DNA from: a virus
Strand: one strand, 5' to 3'
Virus record (IMG/VR): IMGVR_UViG_3300037474_000073
DNA: 64,000 bases
Part shown: one piece after another, positions 33,948-42,825 of the stretch
Layout of the letters: the number at the start of each line of letters is the position of its first letter
How positions within the stretch are numbered: the first letter of the stretch is position 1
Notes under the pieces: model-generated
Databases searched by the model: none
The model's input: the letters and a program-made list of their open reading frames with translations, nothing else
What the model was told of the DNA's origin: nothing
Made by a program: the position numbers and the translations under genes

Positions 33948-34520
33948 ATGACGAACAGCACGAAGCAAGATCAGACGGTCATCCGAGATCATCCGGCAGT
34001 CGGACTCGGGCTGATGCGCCACATGTGGGAGATGTACGCCGAGACGTTCGAGGGGATCAACGCGCTCGCCGTCCAGCGGCACATGATGACCTACGCCGAG
34101 TTCGCTGCGGTCTGCATGGACGACCGGATCCACAAGTACGTGGCCACCGACGCGGCCGGCGTCCAGGGCATGTCGCTGCTGACCAACGACCTGAACGCGT
34201 GGCCGCTGATCAGCCCCGCCTACTTCGAGAGGCACTGGCCGACGCACTACGCGGCGAAGAGCGTCTGGTACGTCGGATTCGTCGCGGTCGCCGAGGGCGC
34301 ACCACATCACCTGTTCCCCGAGCTGATCGCCGCGATGTACGAGCCGGTCAAGGCGAGCAAGGGTGTCGCGGTCATGGATTTCTGCTCGTACAACGTCGCG
34401 AGTCGCAGGCTGCCGGACGTGACGACCCGGATCCTGCGCCGCCTGAACGCCTCGGCGGTCGGCGCCCCGATCGACGCGCAAGAGTTCTGGCTCTGGGAGT
34501 TCCCCGACCTGAACGTCTGA
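33948..34520 (+). CDS. hypothetical protein (190 aa), possibly GNAT-like fold
   Basis: Trimmed to the ATG after AGGGGGG. Opposite orientation to the flanking genes. The segment ..SVWYVGFVAVAEG.. is weakly GNAT-like; function not established. Confidence 0.5.
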   Translation: MTNSTKQDQTVIRDHPAVGLGLMRHMWEMYAETFEGINALAVQRHMMTYAEFAAVCMDDRIHKYVATDAAGVQGMSLLTNDLNAWPLISPAYFERHWPTHYAAKSVWYVGFVAVAEGAPHHLFPELIAAMYEPVKASKGVAVMDFCSYNVASRRLPDVTTRILRRLNASAVGAPIDAQEFWLWEFPDLNV

Positions 34521-34527
34521 GCACGAG

Positions 34528-34566
34528 AAACGGCCCGCTCGCCCATCGGGGGTAAGCGGGCCGTTT
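34528..34566. terminator. bidirectional stem-loop between convergent genes
   Basis: AAACGGCCCGCT-15 nt-AGCGGGCCGTTT, a 12-bp stem with flanking A/T runs. Confidence 0.6.
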
Positions 34567-34588
34567 CATGCCATCGGTCAGCGGCACC

Positions 34589-34804
34589 TTACCATCCGGG
34601 AACCTCAAACTCCTGCCCGTACTGAGCGGGGATCGACGCCGTCTGCCCGGCCTCGTTGACGCACCAGATCGCCACGTTGTCCGGCATCTCCGGTGCAAAG
34701 ACCTCGACACTGACGACGGTCACGTTCACCGGGTTCTTTTCGTGAAAGGCGAACGACTGGATCCGATCGCCCTTGGTCAGGGCTTCGGCGATCTTCGTAG
34801 CCAT
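34589..34804 (-). CDS. hypothetical protein (71 aa)
   Basis: ORF at the end of the early region. Confidence 0.55.
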   Translation of the reverse strand: MATKIAEALTKGDRIQSFAFHEKNPVNVTVVSVEVFAPEMPDNVAIWCVNEAGQTASIPAQYGQEFEVPGW

Positions 34805-34836
34805 CGCGGTCCCTTCGTCGTCGGTGATTCGGGAGT

Positions 34837-35109
34837 CTAACCCGCCGGCCGGTCCATCCGGCGCACCAGCACCTCGAGCGCCAGCACCCGATCGAGGAGA
34901 GCGGCGAACACCTTCACGCGGATGACGTCGTCGGGCGGTTGATTCAGTTCCCGGCAGACCCGGATGATCTCCAGAGCCGTCGTGCGGTCATGCGTGAATG
35001 CCGGTTCCGAGAACCAGTAGCGCTCGCCCATCGCCGCCGAGTCGGCGCGGTGCGCGAACTCGGCCAGCAGCGCGTCGTCAGTACTCGACCGCGGCTCGGT
35101 CATCGCCAT
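34837..35109 (-). CDS. hypothetical protein (90 aa)
   Basis: Trimmed to the ATG that overlaps the upstream stop (TGATG). Confidence 0.55.
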   Translation of the reverse strand: MAMTEPRSSTDDALLAEFAHRADSAAMGERYWFSEPAFTHDRTTALEIIRVCRELNQPPDDVIRVKVFAALLDRVLALEVLVRRMDRPAG

Positions 35110-35393
35110 CAGACACGCTCCATCAGGTGCCACACGAGCTGCTCGCCGCCGATGCACTGGTCGATCGGCACGAGCGCGGTCCCGACGTACGCATACTCGG
35201 CGGGTCCGATCTCGTGACCGGTGCCGAACACCCGAAAGTAGCGGCGGCGAAGCCCGGTGGGAGTCCACAGCGCCCAGAACTCCACCACGGCACGCCGCCG
35301 GCAGGCGACATGCAGGATCCGGTCGGGCACCAGCATCTCCCGGTCGTCGCCGTCGACCGGTACCTCGTAGCGGTAGATCCTCTGGTTCGCCAT
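35109..35393 (-). CDS. hypothetical protein (94 aa)
   Basis: Compact ORF with the pattern YRYEVPV...FWALW...FGTGHEI...LVWHL. Confidence 0.6.
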   Translation of the reverse strand: MANQRIYRYEVPVDGDDREMLVPDRILHVACRRRAVVEFWALWTPTGLRRRYFRVFGTGHEIGPAEYAYVGTALVPIDQCIGGEQLVWHLMERV

Positions 35394-35752
35394 CAGTCCT
35401 CACCTACCGAAGGTTCGTGGATCGCGGTCGGGATCGGTTTGCCGTCGGTGCCGAACAGTTGGGCGGGCGTGTCCGGCGCGTTGTCGGTGATCTCGGCGAA
35501 AGCGCGCATCCAGTGCGTCATCGCCATCCGGAAGATAGCGCCCTGCACCTGATCCATCTCGCTCGGACCCATCAGCGACGGATGCACCGCGACGGCCACC
35601 CGCCACCCGGTCCCGTCGCCGCCGTCGCTCTGCATCGCGATCCAGGTGATGTACCGCAGCGGGTAGGTCAGCGCGGTCCGGATGTCGAGCCAGACCGCGG
35701 TGCCGTCGGGAAGGGTCAGCCACTCGCCGTGCCGCTCACCGCCCATGATCAT
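35393..35752 (-). CDS. hypothetical protein (119 aa)
   Basis: Trimmed to the ATG 5 nt after the upstream stop. Confidence 0.55.
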   Translation of the reverse strand: MIMGGERHGEWLTLPDGTAVWLDIRTALTYPLRYITWIAMQSDGGDGTGWRVAVAVHPSLMGPSEMDQVQGAIFRMAMTHWMRAFAEITDNAPDTPAQLFGTDGKPIPTAIHEPSVGED

Positions 35753-35757
35753 GACTC

Positions 35758-36096
35758 TCACGACGGACCCACCTTCGCGACGAACGACCGGCACTGATCC
35801 ACGTTCCGGCAGGACAGACATACGCCCTCGCGGGCCGGAACGGTGACCCCCCGATCGTCCACGTCACCGTGCGCCGACCTCGGATGCCCGCACAGCGTCC
35901 GCGCACACGAAGGCTCGCCGGCGAGCATCCGCGCCACCGACTTGACCGCAGCCGACGGCCGGCTCATCGCCATCGCCCCGATCACCTGCAGGATCCCGTC
36001 CGTCGTCGGGTCGCTGTCGTCGCCCCAGCTCACCTCGATCGAGCTCGGGATACCGCCCTCGGGTGCGGGGTCGCTCCACACGATCCGGACGCTCAT
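35758..36096 (-). CDS. hypothetical Cys-rich protein (112 aa)
   Basis: ATGA overlap with the upstream stop. Confidence 0.55.
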   Translation of the reverse strand: MSVRIVWSDPAPEGGIPSSIEVSWGDDSDPTTDGILQVIGAMAMSRPSAAVKSVARMLAGEPSCARTLCGHPRSAHGDVDDRGVTVPAREGVCLSCRNVDQCRSFVAKVGPS

Positions 36097-36386
36097 GACG
36101 GCACCTGCGACCAGTCGATGACGACCTCGAGCCGACCGACCGTGAACGGCGGCGAGCCGTCCGGCGGGTCGACGTAGTTGAACGTCGTCTGCAGCCGGTA
36201 GGGCTCCATGCCCGGCGCGCAGATCGGCGCGTCCGGACCGGTGACCCGGATCAATACCGAGTCGTTCTCCCACTGATCTCGGACGCCGGTCACGTGCCAG
36301 CCGTCGGGAAGCTGCAGGATCCGAGACAGTTCATCGACACCCAGCCGCACGATTGCTGCGCGCCGCGGTTCCGCTGGCGCGCTCAT
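36093..36386 (-). CDS. hypothetical protein (97 aa)
   Basis: ATGA overlap with the upstream stop. Confidence 0.55.
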   Translation of the reverse strand: MSAPAEPRRAAIVRLGVDELSRILQLPDGWHVTGVRDQWENDSVLIRVTGPDAPICAPGMEPYRLQTTFNYVDPPDGSPPFTVGRLEVVIDWSQVPS

Positions 36387-36715
36387 GACGGCAGCCCCGC
36401 CGAGTTGCCCTCGGTCGCCTCGCGCAGCGCGTCCACGTCGACCAGCGGTTCCCGCTTCGGCTCGGGCGTCGGAACCCACTCGCTCGCGTAGACCGTGACC
36501 GAGCGCTCGTAGCGGACGGTGCGGACCGGCTTCGGCTTCCTGTCCATCAGCGCACCGGCGAGGTTGCCCCAGGTGACCCTGATGTGCGGTTCCATCCGGA
36601 CGGGCTCGCTGTCGACGACCGTCCCATCGGCGAACTCGCTGCGGACCATCACCTCGCGGTAGGTGGTCTCTCCCGTCGCCTCGCCGACCTTGCGCCCCTC
36701 GATTGCATCCTTCAT
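36383..36715 (-). CDS. hypothetical protein (110 aa)
   Basis: ATG after GGGAGACGAG. Confidence 0.55.
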   Translation of the reverse strand: MKDAIEGRKVGEATGETTYREVMVRSEFADGTVVDSEPVRMEPHIRVTWGNLAGALMDRKPKPVRTVRYERSVTVYASEWVPTPEPKREPLVDVDALREATEGNSAGLPS

Positions 36716-36999
36716 CTCGTCTCCCTGCGTTGCTGTTGCCGTGCGATCACAGCCTCCCAACCAGAGACCGTACTTGCGGTACGTTTTGCGGCTCGGCGGA
36801 CCGGTAAAGATTGACCGGTGCCGGCCGACTTTGCGGGGCGAGTTGCGGGCTTCTCGCCGCTGCGTTTGCGGGACGAGTGCGGAACCTCGGCGAACTGCGA
36901 CGGCAGGGATTGCGGTCCGACCGCGAGCAGCGTGTAGCACGCCCCGCCCTTCTTGGCCTCGCACACGTCGCACGCCAGGTACGATCCCCAGTCGGTCAC
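36712..36999 (-). CDS. hypothetical protein (95 aa), CxxC plus basic tail
   Basis: GTG after GGGAGGGGG. Both ends are 4-nt coupled to neighbours. Confidence 0.45.
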   Translation of the reverse strand: MTDWGSYLACDVCEAKKGGACYTLLAVGPQSLPSQFAEVPHSSRKRSGEKPATRPAKSAGTGQSLPVRRAAKRTASTVSGWEAVIARQQQRRETR

Positions 37000-37121
37000 C
37001 GGTCCACCCCCTCCCAGGTCACGGACTCGCCCCGCAACCACTCCCGCAACAACACCGCACCGACGGACGCCGCGCCCGCAAGTGCGAACCACCACGCCAA
37101 CCACAGTTTGCGGTCACTCAC
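36996..37121 (-). CDS. micro-ORF, 41-aa single-TM peptide
   Basis: VSDRKLWLAWWFALAGAASVGAVLLREWLRGESVTWEGVDR. Its stop overlaps the next start (GTGA) and its GTG lies inside the end of the upstream gene. Below the track cutoff. Confidence 0.4.
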   Translation of the reverse strand: MSDRKLWLAWWFALAGAASVGAVLLREWLRGESVTWEGVDR

Positions 37122-37383
37122 CCCGCACCTCGAACGACGCCACGTCGTACCAGTGGTCCGGACCTGCGGGGGCTGTGTAGAGCGGCGGCTGCCAGCCGGG
37201 CGGGAACAGGTACGGGCGGCCGGCGAGCTCTGCCGCCTCGCGGAACCACAGCCCGCCCAGCAGATTCATCTCCTCGTGATGCCGGATCGCGGCGGCGAAC
37301 GCAGCCTCCTTGGTCTCGCCGACGGCGAGGAACCCGCGCCCGCCGTCGTACTTCGACAAGCTCATCGCTACCCAGACGATCAC
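37114..37383 (-). CDS. hypothetical protein (89 aa or shorter)
   Basis: ORF coupled to its neighbours. Confidence 0.55.
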   Translation of the reverse strand: MIVWVAMSLSKYDGGRGFLAVGETKEAAFAAAIRHHEEMNLLGGLWFREAAELAGRPYLFPPGWQPPLYTAPAGPDHWYDVASFEVRGE

Positions 37384-37544
37384 GACCGATCACCCCACAG
37401 CCTCGGCTCGCACCCGCCGGCCGACCTCGGGATCGGCTGCGGCCACGGCCAGGTGAGCTTGCACCGCTGGCACAACCACTGCGCACCGTCACGGACGATC
37501 CGGTGACTGTCGAGCAGCGCGTCCGTCGTCCGGTCGTCAGGCAT
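37380..37544 (-). CDS. hypothetical protein (54 aa)
   Basis: Trimmed to the ATG near the upstream stop. Contains CQRC. Confidence 0.4.
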   Translation of the reverse strand: MPDDRTTDALLDSHRIVRDGAQWLCQRCKLTWPWPQPIPRSAGGCEPRLWGDRS

Positions 37545-37797
37545 GAGGCACCGGCGGATTCGCGCACAACGCCATCGACGCCGGGTGCACCCAGGCGTTG
37601 CCGGACCACATCGCGGTGATCCCATGCCCGCACACTGCGGTATCGCCGGACTCGGGAACGGGAGGACCGGGCAGCCGGTCGTGAATAGCGATCCACGCCA
37701 TCGTCATCCAAGCCATCGCCTCAACGCGCTCGGGGCTGTCGCCGGTCGATGTCGACGCGTACCGGATCGCCTTCTTGAGTGCCTCGTCGCGGGTCAT
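37537..37797 (-). CDS. hypothetical protein (86 aa)
   Basis: ATG overlaps the upstream stop (TGATG). Confidence 0.5.
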   Translation of the reverse strand: MTRDEALKKAIRYASTSTGDSPERVEAMAWMTMAWIAIHDRLPGPPVPESGDTAVCGHGITAMWSGNAWVHPASMALCANPPVPHA

Positions 37798-38144
37798 CAC
37801 AGCACCAGCCGATACAGCCAGATGAGCAACAGGATCAGCGCGGCCGAAGCACCGGCGCCGAGGAGCCCGACGATCCACACGCCGACCTTCGTGGCAGTAG
37901 GTAGATCTACGTACCTCGGCGCCTCGTCCGGCACCTCAGCCGGCGTATCCCAGTTCCACTTACCCGACTCGTTCTCGGGCAGGCGGATGGTCACCGAGTC
38001 GCTGTCCGGGTCGAACCGGTAGGTGACGATCGGACGCGGCGCGGCCGCGAGCTCAGCGCGGGTCAGCGTCAGTTCCGCCAGGTGGGCGTGCATCATCACG
38101 GCACCGCAGATCGCGCCGTCGAGCAGGATCGGTTCGTCGCTCAT
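37797..38144 (-). CDS. C-terminally membrane-anchored protein (115 aa)
   Basis: C-terminal TM segment VGVWIVGLLGAGASAALILLLIWLY. Confidence 0.55.
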   Translation of the reverse strand: MSDEPILLDGAICGAVMMHAHLAELTLTRAELAAAPRPIVTYRFDPDSDSVTIRLPENESGKWNWDTPAEVPDEAPRYVDLPTATKVGVWIVGLLGAGASAALILLLIWLYRLVL

Positions 38145-38611
38145 CGGGCGGCCTCGGCGCGCTGCGGGGTGGCCTTGAGCCCTCGCCGGTCGATCGCCTC
38201 GGCGATGGCGACGGCTACCGCGGCGACCTGGATCGCCTCGGCGCGCATCTTGGCGTCATCGCCCTCGGCGTGGGACAGGACGATCGCCTCGACGAACTCG
38301 GCGACCTCCTCGAGGAGGATGCCGGCCCACGTCCCGCCGTGTAGACCGGCCTCGCTCTCGCAATGCAGCCGGGCGCGGTTCGCGGTCGGCACCTCGTACT
38401 CCTCGGCGACCCGCTTGGCGACCTCGGTCGGGTGCGAGTACCGCTGCGGACGGCCGAGGCTGTCGAGCCGACCGAGCCGCGCGAGCAGAACCGGGTCGGC
38501 GTCGGCGATGTCCGACTGATCGCCCCACTTCGCGAGCTGACGGAACCGTTCGTCGATCACCTCGCTGATAACCGCGCCCATCCGATTGACCCCTGTGACT
38601 TCGTCGCTCAT
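38141..38611 (-). CDS. MazG-like nucleotide pyrophosphohydrolase (putative)
   Basis: Trimmed to the ATG after GAGGGAGACGAG. All-helical, with LLEEVAEFVEA...EAIQVAAVAVAIAE acidic motifs. Confidence 0.45.
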   Translation of the reverse strand: MSDEVTGVNRMGAVISEVIDERFRQLAKWGDQSDIADADPVLLARLGRLDSLGRPQRYSHPTEVAKRVAEEYEVPTANRARLHCESEAGLHGGTWAGILLEEVAEFVEAIVLSHAEGDDAKMRAEAIQVAAVAVAIAEAIDRRGLKATPQRAEAAR

Positions 38612-38708
38612 CTCGTCTCCCTCGAGTCGGTGGCTCCGTAACCCGCTCCGATCGTGCTCACCGCTGACACCGAGCAAGCACGAGCGGAACGGGAGGCGCA
38701 ACCACCGA

Positions 38709-39185
38709 TCAGAACGGCGGCTCATCGTCGAAGTTACTGGTCTGGGTCGGGCCGCGCGAGCCGGACGAACCGAACCCGCCCGAGGCGCGCGTACCGCCGT
38801 CGGCACCGCCGTTCTCGCCCTTCGCGACCCGGCTCACCGTAGCGGTCGCCCACTTCAGACTCGGGCCGATCTCGTCGACCTCCACCTCGTACACCGTGCG
38901 CTTCTCACCCTCGCGCGTCTCGTACGAGCGCTGACGCAGCCGGCCGGTCAGGATGACCCGCATGCCCTTGGTCAGCGACTCGGCCACGTGCTCGGCGGCG
39001 TCGCGCCAGATGTTGCACGCCAGGAACAGCGGTTCGTCGTCGACCCACTCGTTCGTCTGCTTGTCGAAATGGCGGGGCGTGCTGGCGATCCGGAACTTCG
39101 CGACGCCCGCGCCCGACGGCGTGAAGCGCAACTCTGGCGCCTCTACCAGGTTGCCGATCAGCGTGATCTGCGTGTCACCGGCCAT
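38709..39185 (-). CDS. ssb: single-stranded DNA-binding protein
   Basis: Canonical OB-fold N-terminus ([28 protein letters not shown]..), a Gly-rich linker and an acidic tail ending DDEPPF. Confidence 0.95.
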   Translation of the reverse strand: MAGDTQITLIGNLVEAPELRFTPSGAGVAKFRIASTPRHFDKQTNEWVDDEPLFLACNIWRDAAEHVAESLTKGMRVILTGRLRQRSYETREGEKRTVYEVEVDEIGPSLKWATATVSRVAKGENGGADGGTRASGGFGSSGSRGPTQTSNFDDEPPF

Positions 39186-39423
39186 TGCGTGCTCCCTCGG
39201 TCTTCAGTCGTTCGATGTTGGTCATGACGTACTCGGCGGTCGCCGACCGGTTGAACGTAAGTTCGCCGCCGGTCGGCGTGTCGATCACAAACCGGTAGGC
39301 GTGCTCAACGTCCGGCAATCCGACCGCAGAACGCAGGTCGGCGACAGCCTCGGCACCGAACACCTCGCGCGCCTCAGCCACGACGTCCACGATCCGCAAG
39401 TGCGGGTCATACTCGACGGTCAT
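39175..39423 (-). CDS. hypothetical protein (82 aa)
   Basis: ORF coupled to ssb. Confidence 0.55.
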   Translation of the reverse strand: MTVEYDPHLRIVDVVAEAREVFGAEAVADLRSAVGLPDVEHAYRFVIDTPTGGELTFNRSATAEYVMTNIERLKTEGARNGR

Positions 39424-39671
39424 GAGCCGTCACCGTGCGGACCCTCGACGTTCTCGGACAGCGGCGTACCCGTGTCGGCATGCTCGCGGTAGTCGTTGAG
39501 CAGATCATCGAGCACGTGCCAGGCGGTAGCACCAGGCGCCGCCTCCTTCTGGAAGTCGTCTCGCGCCCGCTTGATCCACGCCTCCACCACGTCACCGCGG
39601 CGAGGCTCGAACGGCTTGACCTGGAAACGATCGTCGCCGTCGTAACCACCGGCTGGATACGGATGTCTCAC
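39420..39671 (-). CDS. hypothetical protein (83 aa)
   Basis: Trimmed to the GTG after CCGAGAGAGAGCGAGACGAA. Confidence 0.5.
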   Translation of the reverse strand: MRHPYPAGGYDGDDRFQVKPFEPRRGDVVEAWIKRARDDFQKEAAPGATAWHVLDDLLNDYREHADTGTPLSENVEGPHGDGS

Positions 39672-39793
39672 TTCGTCTCGCTCTCTCTCGGTGCCGGCCG
39701 GACCGGCTCGGTCTTGCTGGCGGCCGCGACGATCGCGGTCAGGATCGCGGCGAGCTGGTACGACCTGCTCGGCTGGCGGTGCTGCCCCCTCAT
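39668..39793 (-). CDS. micro-ORF, 41-aa single-TM peptide
   Basis: MRGQHRQPSRSYQLAAILTAIVAAASKTEPVRPAPRESETK. ATGA overlap upstream and GTGA overlap downstream. Confidence 0.4.
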   Translation of the reverse strand: MRGQHRQPSRSYQLAAILTAIVAAASKTEPVRPAPRESETK

Positions 39794-40149
39794 GCGGCAC
39801 CGCCAGCCGCGGCGAGCATGCACGCGCCGCACTTCGCGGTCGCGACCCGCTCGGGAATGGCGAGCGCGGTGGCACTGCACGCGCAGGTCGTGCGGACCAG
39901 GTTGGTCGCCGGCATGCCCGTGTCCGGGTCGAATGCGGCGAACTCGTACTCGCCGGGCTTGCGCACGTCCAGACGGCGGGCGACCAGCTCGGCGCTCGGC
40001 GCGGCGAACCCCGTCCCGCGACCCAGGTGCGCCATGCCGTACCGCACGCCGTGACCCTGCTCGGGCGCACCGCACAGCGCACACCCGTTCGGGTCGGAGC
40101 ACATCAGAACCTCGGTCATCACGCTGACCGGCTCGTGGTCGGTGTTCAC
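39790..40149 (-). CDS. Cys-rich hypothetical protein (119 aa)
   Basis: GTGA overlap with the upstream stop. Contains CALCG ... CAC ... CGAC. Confidence 0.5.
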   Translation of the reverse strand: MNTDHEPVSVMTEVLMCSDPNGCALCGAPEQGHGVRYGMAHLGRGTGFAAPSAELVARRLDVRKPGEYEFAAFDPDTGMPATNLVRTTCACSATALAIPERVATAKCGACMLAAAGGAA

Positions 40150-40448
40150 TCGTCCCCCTCGGCTGCATACCACTCCATGACCACGCCGTTCTCCAGCCAC
40201 CGCCCGTACAGGTGCTCGGCGCAATACGCCCACCACTCGCCCCTGCGAACGTCCTTGCCGTCGATCGCGACGACGCGCAGGCGGCGCATGTCGGCGACCG
40301 GCGGATTCGGGCACATCGTGTGTATTCCGGTCTTACGCCGGCACTGCGGGTACCGGCTCGGCGTACGCCAGTCGGCGGCCGAACGGGTCGCCCGGCGAGT
40401 GCCGGCCGGCGCGGGGAACGGATCGGGACGCGGCGTGTCGGTCACCAT
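40146..40448 (-). CDS. hypothetical protein (100 aa)
   Basis: ATG overlaps the upstream stop (TGATG). Confidence 0.5.
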   Translation of the reverse strand: MVTDTPRPDPFPAPAGTRRATRSAADWRTPSRYPQCRRKTGIHTMCPNPPVADMRRLRVVAIDGKDVRRGEWWAYCAEHLYGRWLENGVVMEWYAAEGDE

Positions 40449-40543
40449 CACCGACCCCCCCGCCATGCCTGAACCAGCGCCACGATCCACGCGCCGACCA
40501 GGATCGCGAGTAGCACGACCATCGCATAGATGACTAGGTCCAT
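40448..40543 (-). CDS. micro-ORF, 31-aa single-TM peptide
   Basis: MDLVIYAMVVLLAILVGAWIVALVQAWRGGR. TGATG overlaps at both ends. Confidence 0.4.
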   Translation of the reverse strand: MDLVIYAMVVLLAILVGAWIVALVQAWRGGR

Positions 40544-40818
40544 CACTTCTCCGATCTCGTGCGCATGCGGTCGGCGTACCGACCGAGAGCATCGGCGAGC
40601 AGGTCGAGCGCGTCCGGGTCGACGATCTCGACGCCGCCGAACCAGAGCGAGCCGGCGACGTCCGCGACGATCAGGCGCCGCAGGTTGCAGCCGACCAGCA
40701 CGTGCCCGGCGAGCGCACCGCGGTCGACGTACAGACCGGGCGCGAGCCCGCCGCTGTCGATGTACGTGTCGCCGGCCGACGTGATGTGCGCGACCGCGTT
40801 CACCCGCTCGGGCGTCAT
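40543..40818 (-). CDS. hypothetical protein (91 aa)
   Basis: ORF coupled to its neighbours. Confidence 0.55.
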   Translation of the reverse strand: MTPERVNAVAHITSAGDTYIDSGGLAPGLYVDRGALAGHVLVGCNLRRLIVADVAGSLWFGGVEIVDPDALDLLADALGRYADRMRTRSEK

Positions 40819-41291
40819 GACGGACCCGGCCCGAGCTCGAGCAGCGGGCGCATGTCACCGGTCGCGTACGCGGCGTCGATCGCGGGCTGGGCCATCTCCG
40901 ACACCGTCTGCCCGTTCGGCAGCACCGTGTACGGCAGGAACTCCTCCTCGAGCGTGACGATGCCGTCCTCGACCGCTACGAACTTCGCCTTGATGATCAG
41001 GGCCAGCGCGCGCCACCGCGCGCGACACGCCTGCGTCCACAGGGCGGTGACCTGCTCTGGCTTGCGAGGTGTACGGCGCGACTCGGTGAACCGGAACTCC
41101 GGCGCCGAGCGGTCCGGCAACGGCACTTGGAAGCGGTAGCGCCGGTCGCTCATCTCGAACGTGATCACCGCGTTGTCACCCTGCCAGCCGTAGACGTACG
41201 AACTCGCCCCGTGCTTGGTCACGATCGCCTCGATCTCGCCCCGCGACCGGTCGATCGGCACCTCAGTGCTCTCGGCGTACCGGCTGCTCAT
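40815..41291 (-). CDS. hypothetical protein (158 aa)
   Basis: ORF with a protein-like composition. Confidence 0.6.
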   Translation of the reverse strand: MSSRYAESTEVPIDRSRGEIEAIVTKHGASSYVYGWQGDNAVITFEMSDRRYRFQVPLPDRSAPEFRFTESRRTPRKPEQVTALWTQACRARWRALALIIKAKFVAVEDGIVTLEEEFLPYTVLPNGQTVSEMAQPAIDAAYATGDMRPLLELGPGPS

Positions 41292-41309
41292 CTCAACCAG
41301 CTCCCAAAC

Positions 41310-41777
41310 TCAGCGCTCGACATCCGGCATTGCCCCCAACTTCTCGATGAACTGCTTGGCTTCCAGGAACGACCGGGTCGGGTTGTTCACGTATTGCCGG
41401 GCCGGACCCTTACGGTTCTGCGGGAGCTTCGCCTCGATCAGGGACCACGCGCGCCTGCGCTGATCCCAGGTCATCGGCTTACTCGGGTCGGAATCGTCAC
41501 CCCGAGCCCATTCGCCGACGACCGAGCCGGCGTGGTTGCCCCGCAGGACACGGCGCACCTCGGCGTCGGTCATCACGGGACCACGGCGCTCCGGGTGTGG
41601 CTTCTGCTGGCGCTGAGCGAAGAACCCGATCAACGGAGGCGGGCCGATCCACGACTTGAGCCGGAAACACCGCCACCCGATCTGGGCACCACACAGCGGG
41701 CAGACCCGCGACAGAGCGCCGCGCGGACTGTCGCCGGCGACGATCGGCGAGCCCTGAGCTCGCGGAAGTCGCTTCAC
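41310..41777 (-). CDS. hypothetical protein (155 aa) with N-terminal CxxC
   Basis: GTGA overlap with the upstream stop. Confidence 0.5.
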   Translation of the reverse strand: MKRLPRAQGSPIVAGDSPRGALSRVCPLCGAQIGWRCFRLKSWIGPPPLIGFFAQRQQKPHPERRGPVMTDAEVRRVLRGNHAGSVVGEWARGDDSDPSKPMTWDQRRRAWSLIEAKLPQNRKGPARQYVNNPTRSFLEAKQFIEKLGAMPDVER

Positions 41778-42028
41778 GGCGCGATCACCTTGCGGCCGGC
41801 GTCGGTGATCCGCAGCCCGAACCGCCACCCGTTCAAGTTCGGCACGACCTCGATCAGACCCGCCGAGACCAGCGGCTTAGCCCGCAAGGTGACGTTGCGG
41901 TACGGTAGGGTCGCGCGCAGGCGGGCGTGATATGTCTCCTGATAAGCGCGCTTGTAGCCGTCGCCGTCGCTCGCCAGCGCCTCGAGCAGGTGTCGCTGCG
42001 AGGGCAACAGCCGGATTTCAGTTCTCAC
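41774..42028 (-). CDS. winged-helix-like DNA-binding protein (84 aa)
   Basis: LLEALASDG...VTLRAKPLVSAGLIEVV...GLRITDAGRKVI resembles a MarR-type wHTH. Confidence 0.45.
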   Translation of the reverse strand: MRTEIRLLPSQRHLLEALASDGDGYKRAYQETYHARLRATLPYRNVTLRAKPLVSAGLIEVVPNLNGWRFGLRITDAGRKVIAP

Positions 42029-42356
42029 GGCAGTTCACCGCCACGTCGAACTCCACCGATACGAGCTCGCCGGCCGAGTCCAGCTCGACCCACCCGTTCG
42101 GATACTCGACGGTCTCCATCGCCATCCGCGCGCCGACCACGTCGAGACGGGAGGGGTAGTGCTCATCAACGCCGATCTCTTCGAACAGATCCTCGAGCCG
42201 GTCGACCAGGTTGAGCACCTCGCCGATCCGCGACGGCGCGGTGATCACCTCAGACACGACCGCAGCGATCTCGGCCCACATCCCGCCACGCTTGACGGCA
42301 GCCTCGTACGCCTTGCGGTCACGCTCGCGCTGGGCGAGCACCTCGGGCGCGGTCAT
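42018..42356 (-). CDS. hypothetical protein (112 aa)
   Basis: ATGA overlap with the upstream stop. Confidence 0.55.
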   Translation of the reverse strand: MTAPEVLAQRERDRKAYEAAVKRGGMWAEIAAVVSEVITAPSRIGEVLNLVDRLEDLFEEIGVDEHYPSRLDVVGARMAMETVEYPNGWVELDSAGELVSVEFDVAVNCREN

Positions 42357-42556
42357 GATCCGCCCTCGATCTCGTCGCGCTTCTCGTCGGCAACGACGCG
42401 GCACAGCTCAACGAGCCGCTTGGCCTGTCGCTGAAGTGTGTAGAGCTCACCGATCGACAGCTCAGCCAGATGCGAGCGAGCCTCGTCGTAATCAGGCGCC
42501 CCATCATCGAGCGCCAGCAGCGCATTCGCCTCGATGAACCGCGTCGGAGCGCTCAC
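42353..42556 (-). CDS. hypothetical protein (67 aa)
   Basis: GTGA overlap with the upstream micro-ORF stop. Confidence 0.5.
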   Translation of the reverse strand: MSAPTRFIEANALLALDDGAPDYDEARSHLAELSIGELYTLQRQAKRLVELCRVVADEKRDEIEGGS

Positions 42557-42711
42557 GACACACGCTCGCGGGTGAACACGAGCAGCCCGAGAACCCAGGC
42601 GATCTCGATCAGGATGAGCAGCACCAGCTCCAGCGGGTGCGCCCACAGCCACGACATCACCTCACGCACGCTCTGCGTCAGGCTCGCGACCAGGTAAGCC
42701 AGGAAATCCAT
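42553..42711 (-). CDS. small membrane protein (52 aa)
   Basis: MDFLAYLVASLTQSVREVMSWLWAHPLELVLLILIEIAWVLGLLVFTRERVS. ATG after CCGAGAGAGAGGGCAC. Below the track cutoff. Confidence 0.45.
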   Translation of the reverse strand: MDFLAYLVASLTQSVREVMSWLWAHPLELVLLILIEIAWVLGLLVFTRERVS

Positions 42712-42740
42712 GTGCCCTCTCTCTCGGATCAGGTACTACG

Positions 42741-42825
42741 TGCGCGACCGGGAATCGAACCCGGTGCGAGGATCCTGGTCCCGCCGAAGCGGTTAGGGGA
42801 CCTCTAGCCCAGTGCTTCTCGCGCT
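42741..42825 (-). ncRNA. tRNA-like element: perfect T-arm and acceptor 3' half, non-canonical body
   Basis: Minus strand ..CCGGG-TTCGATT-CCCGG-TCGCGCA, with a matching 5' strand AGCGCGA (6 bp plus an A.A mismatch) 85 nt upstream. The interior forms a CCGC-UUCG-GCGG hairpin but no D or anticodon arm could be folded. Confidence 0.3.

Noticed and set aside
38664-38671. Isolated CTGACACC copy downstream of ssb
   Set aside because: A single occurrence is within chance expectation (about 2 per window) and has no array context.
42741-42825. Canonical tRNA (85 nt, type II length)
   Set aside because: Only the T-arm and a 6-bp acceptor stem with a terminal A.A mismatch can be drawn. No D-arm and no 5-bp anticodon stem with a U33-containing 7-nt loop. 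Kept only as a low-confidence tRNA-like element.
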